Shown here piece after piece: positions 59,134 through 64,000 of a stretch of DNA of 64,000 bases; position 1 is the stretch's first letter, and each line of letters starts with the position of its first letter. Location: contig CBDCEW010000085.1 of NCBI GenBank assembly GCA_965215885.1, forward strand, positions 1 through 64,000. The letters are read 5' to 3'. The position numbers were made by a program, and so were the translations under genes. The notes under the pieces are model-generated. The model was not told where the DNA came from. It was given only the letters and a program-made list of their open reading frames with translations, and did no database searches. The stretch is from Candidatus Moanibacter sp. Its GTDB lineage: Bacteria > Verrucomicrobiota > Verrucomicrobiia > Opitutales > UBA2987.

Positions 59134-59547
59134 CTAGAGCCGCTTATTTTTGGCCAGTTTCTGGGCGAGGGAGAATCGCACGATGGTCTCGAGTTTCTCG
59201 AGTTCGACGGGATCGATCGTGCTGGTCTCAGCCTCTTTGAGGGCTTCTTCGGCCCGGGCCTGAGCCTCCTCGACGGTGTCGAGATCGATCTCTTCGATAT
59301 TAATTGCCCCCTCTGTGAGAACGGAAACCTTGTCGCCGATGACTTGGGCGAAGCCCTTATCGACGGCGAGATGTTCGGTTTTCCCTGCCGAGCTGACCAC
59401 GAGCTCTCCCGGATTGATCATCGTGAGAATGGGTATGTGTCCCGGGAGAATGCCCATCTCTCCTTCCACGGTGGGCAGGACGACAGAGTCGGCCTCATCG
59501 CTGTAGACCTTACTCTCCGGCGTGACTATTTCCAAAAGCAGAGACAT
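59134..59547 (-). CDS. atpC: ATP synthase F1 epsilon
   Basis: LEIVTPE, GEMGILPGHIP. Confidence 0.96.
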   Translation of the reverse strand: MSLLLEIVTPESKVYSDEADSVVLPTVEGEMGILPGHIPILTMINPGELVVSSAGKTEHLAVDKGFAQVIGDKVSVLTEGAINIEEIDLDTVEEAQARAEEALKEAETSTIDPVELEKLETIVRFSLAQKLAKNKRL

Positions 59548-59654
59548 ATTCTATAAGAGCCAGTCGGAATTTGAACGTGTTCAGCGTGATGGTTACTGCT
59601 TAAATTCGATGTTTCCATTTTCTCTAAACTCCTGTCGACGAAGTCGACAGGAGT

Positions 59655-61085
<1,431 letters not shown>

Positions 61086-61119
61086 TCAAAACATTGAGTT
61101 AAAAATTGAGTAATCCAAT

Positions 61120-61995
61120 TTAAGTGCCGACGAAGCTGGCGGCGGCGATTTCAAGAATCTCCTGAGTAATGGAAGCCTGTCTAACCTTATTGTACTGGAG
61201 AGTGAGGTCATCGACCAAAGAATTCGCATTGTCGGTTGCGGTCTTCATCGCGACCATGCGCGCGCTGTGTTCGGAAGCTTTTGCTTCCAGCACCATCTGA
61301 TAGACCTCCTGCTTAATATAGAGATTGAGCAACTCGTCGAGAATAGCCTCGGGTTCGGGCTCGTAGTGAATCTCCCGATCATCCGCGGACGGAGGAATCC
61401 TGCCGACGCCCTCCAGCTGTTTCTCGATAACGGATTTAAGATCCTCGAGGGGAAGGAGCGGTATCCTGGTAGGTTCCTGCACGAGAGTATTGACAAACCG
61501 CGAATAGATAATCTCCACGCTGTCCACTCTCTCTTCTACATAGGCGTCTATCATCATTTCGACAGCCGGGCGGACCTCCGCAAACCGCACGCTGTCGCTG
61601 ACCGAGAAGTCGGCCATGAGGTCGCGGCGAGCTCGGCTGAGAAACTGGGTGCCCTTGCGCCCCAGCGAAACGAACCGCGCATCCACCGAAGTTTCCGTCA
61701 CGAGGCGGAAGAGATTCGAGTTAAGGGGTCCGCACAGACCCTTGTCGGAGGCTATTAGAAGGACACCGGGATGGCGGTTTTCCCGCTTCTCGAGAAAGGG
61801 ATGCCTGAAATCGCTGGCCCGGTCTCCCAAAGCGCTCAGAATCTCTGCCAGAAGCGTAGCATAGGGGCGTCCCTGCAGCGCGCTATCCTGGGCGCGTTTC
61901 ATCTTTGAAGCCGCCACCAGCTGCATCGCCCGGGTGATTTGAGCCGTATTCTTGACGCTCCGGATGCGCCGGCGAATATCCTGTGTGCTAGGCAT
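61120..61995 (-). CDS. atpG: ATP synthase F1 gamma
   Basis: ITRAMQLVAASK, DKGLCG, SEHSARMVAM, RQASITQEI. Confidence 0.98.
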   Translation of the reverse strand: MPSTQDIRRRIRSVKNTAQITRAMQLVAASKMKRAQDSALQGRPYATLLAEILSALGDRASDFRHPFLEKRENRHPGVLLIASDKGLCGPLNSNLFRLVTETSVDARFVSLGRKGTQFLSRARRDLMADFSVSDSVRFAEVRPAVEMMIDAYVEERVDSVEIIYSRFVNTLVQEPTRIPLLPLEDLKSVIEKQLEGVGRIPPSADDREIHYEPEPEAILDELLNLYIKQEVYQMVLEAKASEHSARMVAMKTATDNANSLVDDLTLQYNKVRQASITQEILEIAAASFVGT

Positions 61996-62072
61996 ATTAT
62001 CTATGAAGAATGCCGAATGAGACTGCTGCTAAATACCCATTTCCCATGCTCCCTCATCCCCTACTCTCCTCC

Positions 62073-63605
62073 CTACTCGAAAACCTTCTTCCAATCCTCC
62101 ACCGCGCCCCTCAATCCCTCCGCAACTTCATCATTAATCTCCTTATCCGTGCGAATCTGCGCAAGAAGCTCCCCTTTTCGCGAGGCCAGAAACTCATCGA
62201 AGCTGCCACTCGCCTCCACCATTCTCTTAACATCGATGTCGTCGAAGTAGCCGTTCTGGGCCGCCCAGAGCAACCCGACCTGGATTTCCACCGGCTTGGG
62301 GGAAAAGGCGGGTTGTTTGAAGAGTTCCACCAGCCGTGAACCGCGGTCGAGCTGGGCCTTTGTGCGCGCGTCGAGATCAGATCCAAACTGAGCGAATGCG
62401 GCCAGCTCGCGATACTGTGCCAGTTCCAGTTTCACTTTTCCGGCAACCTGTTTGCAGGCTTTGATCTGGGCGGCTGAACCGACCCGTGAAACGGAGAGCC
62501 CAACGGAAATCGCCGGTCGAATGCCCTGATTGAAGAGGTCCGTCTCGAGAAAGATCTGCCCATCCGTGATCGAGATTACGTTGGTGGGGATATAGGCCGC
62601 GACATCACCGGCCTGGGTCTCAATGATCGGCAACGCGGTCAGTGACCCGTTTCCACTCTCCTCCCTCAACCGAGCCGAACGCTCGAGCAGTCGGCTGTGC
62701 AGATAAAATACATCGCCTGGAAACGCCTCCCGTCCCGATGGCCGTTTCAACACCAGTGAAATCTGCCGGTAGGCTACGGCATGCTTTGAGAGATCGTCAT
62801 AGACAATGAGCGCATCCATCCCGTTCTCCATAAACCATTCCCCCATGGCCGCTCCGGCGTAGGGTGCGAGGTATTGATTGGCTGGATTGTCCGCCGCTGG
62901 AGCTGACACGATTATGGCGTATTCCAAGGCGCCATTTTCCTCCAACACGTTTATGGTTCGCGCGACATTGGCGTTCTTCTGACCAACCGCCACATAGATG
63001 GAGTAAAGTGGCCGAAAATCCGGATCCTCGCTCTCCTTTCCCTGTTTGTTGATCTTCGCCTGATTGATAATCGTATCGATCGCGATCGTCGTCTTTCCCG
63101 TAGAACGGTCGCCAATAATCAGTTCCCGCTGGCCGCGACCGATCGGGATCATGGAATCGACCGACATGATTCCGGTTTGCACGGGTTGATCGACCGACTT
63201 TCGCGGAATTATGCCGGGCGCGATCTTTTCTACTGGATAGTAGAGGTCGAAATCGATGGGTCCCTTTCCGTCGACGGGTTGCCCCAGGGCGTCGACCACC
63301 CGCCCCAATAGCCCTTTCCCCACGGGGACGGAGAGAAGGCGGCCCGTGGTCTTGACTTCGTCTCCCTCCTTTAAACGGCTCGTGTCACCAAGAATCACAC
63401 AGCCCACCTCGTCCTCTTCCAGATTGAGAGCGATTCCCATGACTTCGCCCGGAAATTCGAGCATCTCGTTGAACATGACCTCTGAGAGGCCGTCGATCTT
63501 GGCAACGCCATCGGCCACATGCGTTATGGAGCCGGTATTCTCTTTCACGACCGAAGTTTCCAGTCTCGTTATTTCCTCTTGAATCTGTTCGATGATTGAG
63601 CTCAT
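62073..63605 (-). CDS. atpA: ATP synthase F1 alpha
   Basis: [38 protein letters not shown]. Confidence 0.99.
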   Translation of the reverse strand: MSSIIEQIQEEITRLETSVVKENTGSITHVADGVAKIDGLSEVMFNEMLEFPGEVMGIALNLEEDEVGCVILGDTSRLKEGDEVKTTGRLLSVPVGKGLLGRVVDALGQPVDGKGPIDFDLYYPVEKIAPGIIPRKSVDQPVQTGIMSVDSMIPIGRGQRELIIGDRSTGKTTIAIDTIINQAKINKQGKESEDPDFRPLYSIYVAVGQKNANVARTINVLEENGALEYAIIVSAPAADNPANQYLAPYAGAAMGEWFMENGMDALIVYDDLSKHAVAYRQISLVLKRPSGREAFPGDVFYLHSRLLERSARLREESGNGSLTALPIIETQAGDVAAYIPTNVISITDGQIFLETDLFNQGIRPAISVGLSVSRVGSAAQIKACKQVAGKVKLELAQYRELAAFAQFGSDLDARTKAQLDRGSRLVELFKQPAFSPKPVEIQVGLLWAAQNGYFDDIDVKRMVEASGSFDEFLASRKGELLAQIRTDKEINDEVAEGLRGAVEDWKKVFE

Positions 63606-63626
63606 AGCTAACTTTCCGCTGCTTCC

Positions 63627-64000
63627 CTATTTTACGTTATTAGCAAGTTTCTCCAAATGCCCTGCGACGGACGCGTCATAAACGTCGTCTCCGATGGTGA
63701 CCCTTAAACCGGCAATGAGATCGGGATTCTCACGGGAGACACTGCTAACCGAACGATGATAACGTGAGCTCAGATCCCTCTCGATCGCTTCCACCGCGGC
63801 AGGTTGGATCTCTCCCGCATATTCGAGAACAGCCTCGCTCCGCCGGATCTCCTGTTTTACATAGTATAAGTAAATTTTGAGTATCAGTTTAAGATGTCGT
63901 GGTGACTTCTCTTTCAGAACCTGCAGAATGGCGCTTACCCTCTCATCCGATATTCGCCCGGACCCGTCGAGACTCAACGAGACCAGCTTCCTGGCATAAT
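63627..64000 (-). CDS. atpH: ATP synthase F1 delta (5' end outside window)
   Basis: LIAGLRVTIGDDVYDASV; frame open to the window edge; position upstream of atpA. Confidence 0.9.
   Translation of the reverse strand, partial: YARKLVSLSLDGSGRISDERVSAILQVLKEKSPRHLKLILKIYLYYVKQEIRRSEAVLEYAGEIQPAAVEAIERDLSSRYHRSVSSVSRENPDLIAGLRVTIGDDVYDASVAGHLEKLANNVK

Overview
This window is bacterial chromosomal DNA, most likely Verrucomicrobiota (Opitutae-like); that placement is inferred from gene content and protein style. Two housekeeping blocks (about 0.8-19.2 kb and 25-38.3 kb) carry proA, nadC, birA, coaX, a GldAFG-like ABC system, nfo, accBC, thiE, dnaJ/grpE, ftsK, rodZ, nfeD-floA and queG. The F1 part of the atp operon occupies 59-64 kb. 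Between these lie two repeat-rich accessory regions. The first (19.2-25 kb) holds a frameshifted Ser/Thr kinase-TM-PEGA-FGE/sulfatase (CLec-fold) gene. Its 3' end looks like a diversity-generating-retroelement (DGR) variable repeat, and it is followed by a GC hairpin, a truncated HRDC-type accessory gene and a post-TR-like spacer. I found no TR or reverse transcriptase, so this reads as a gutted DGR cassette flanked by long direct repeats and REP/MITE-like elements. The second region (38.3-59 kb) has a 741-aa DDE-like transposase with imperfect terminal inverted repeats, a TonB receptor/S9 peptidase pair, recQ, several pseudogenes, a LamG-purple acid phosphatase and tRNA-Ile2(CAT) abutted by a palindromic MITE. 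A 30-bp mini-insertion element is visible in both filled and empty target sites. All family calls come from motif recognition by eye; no searches were run.
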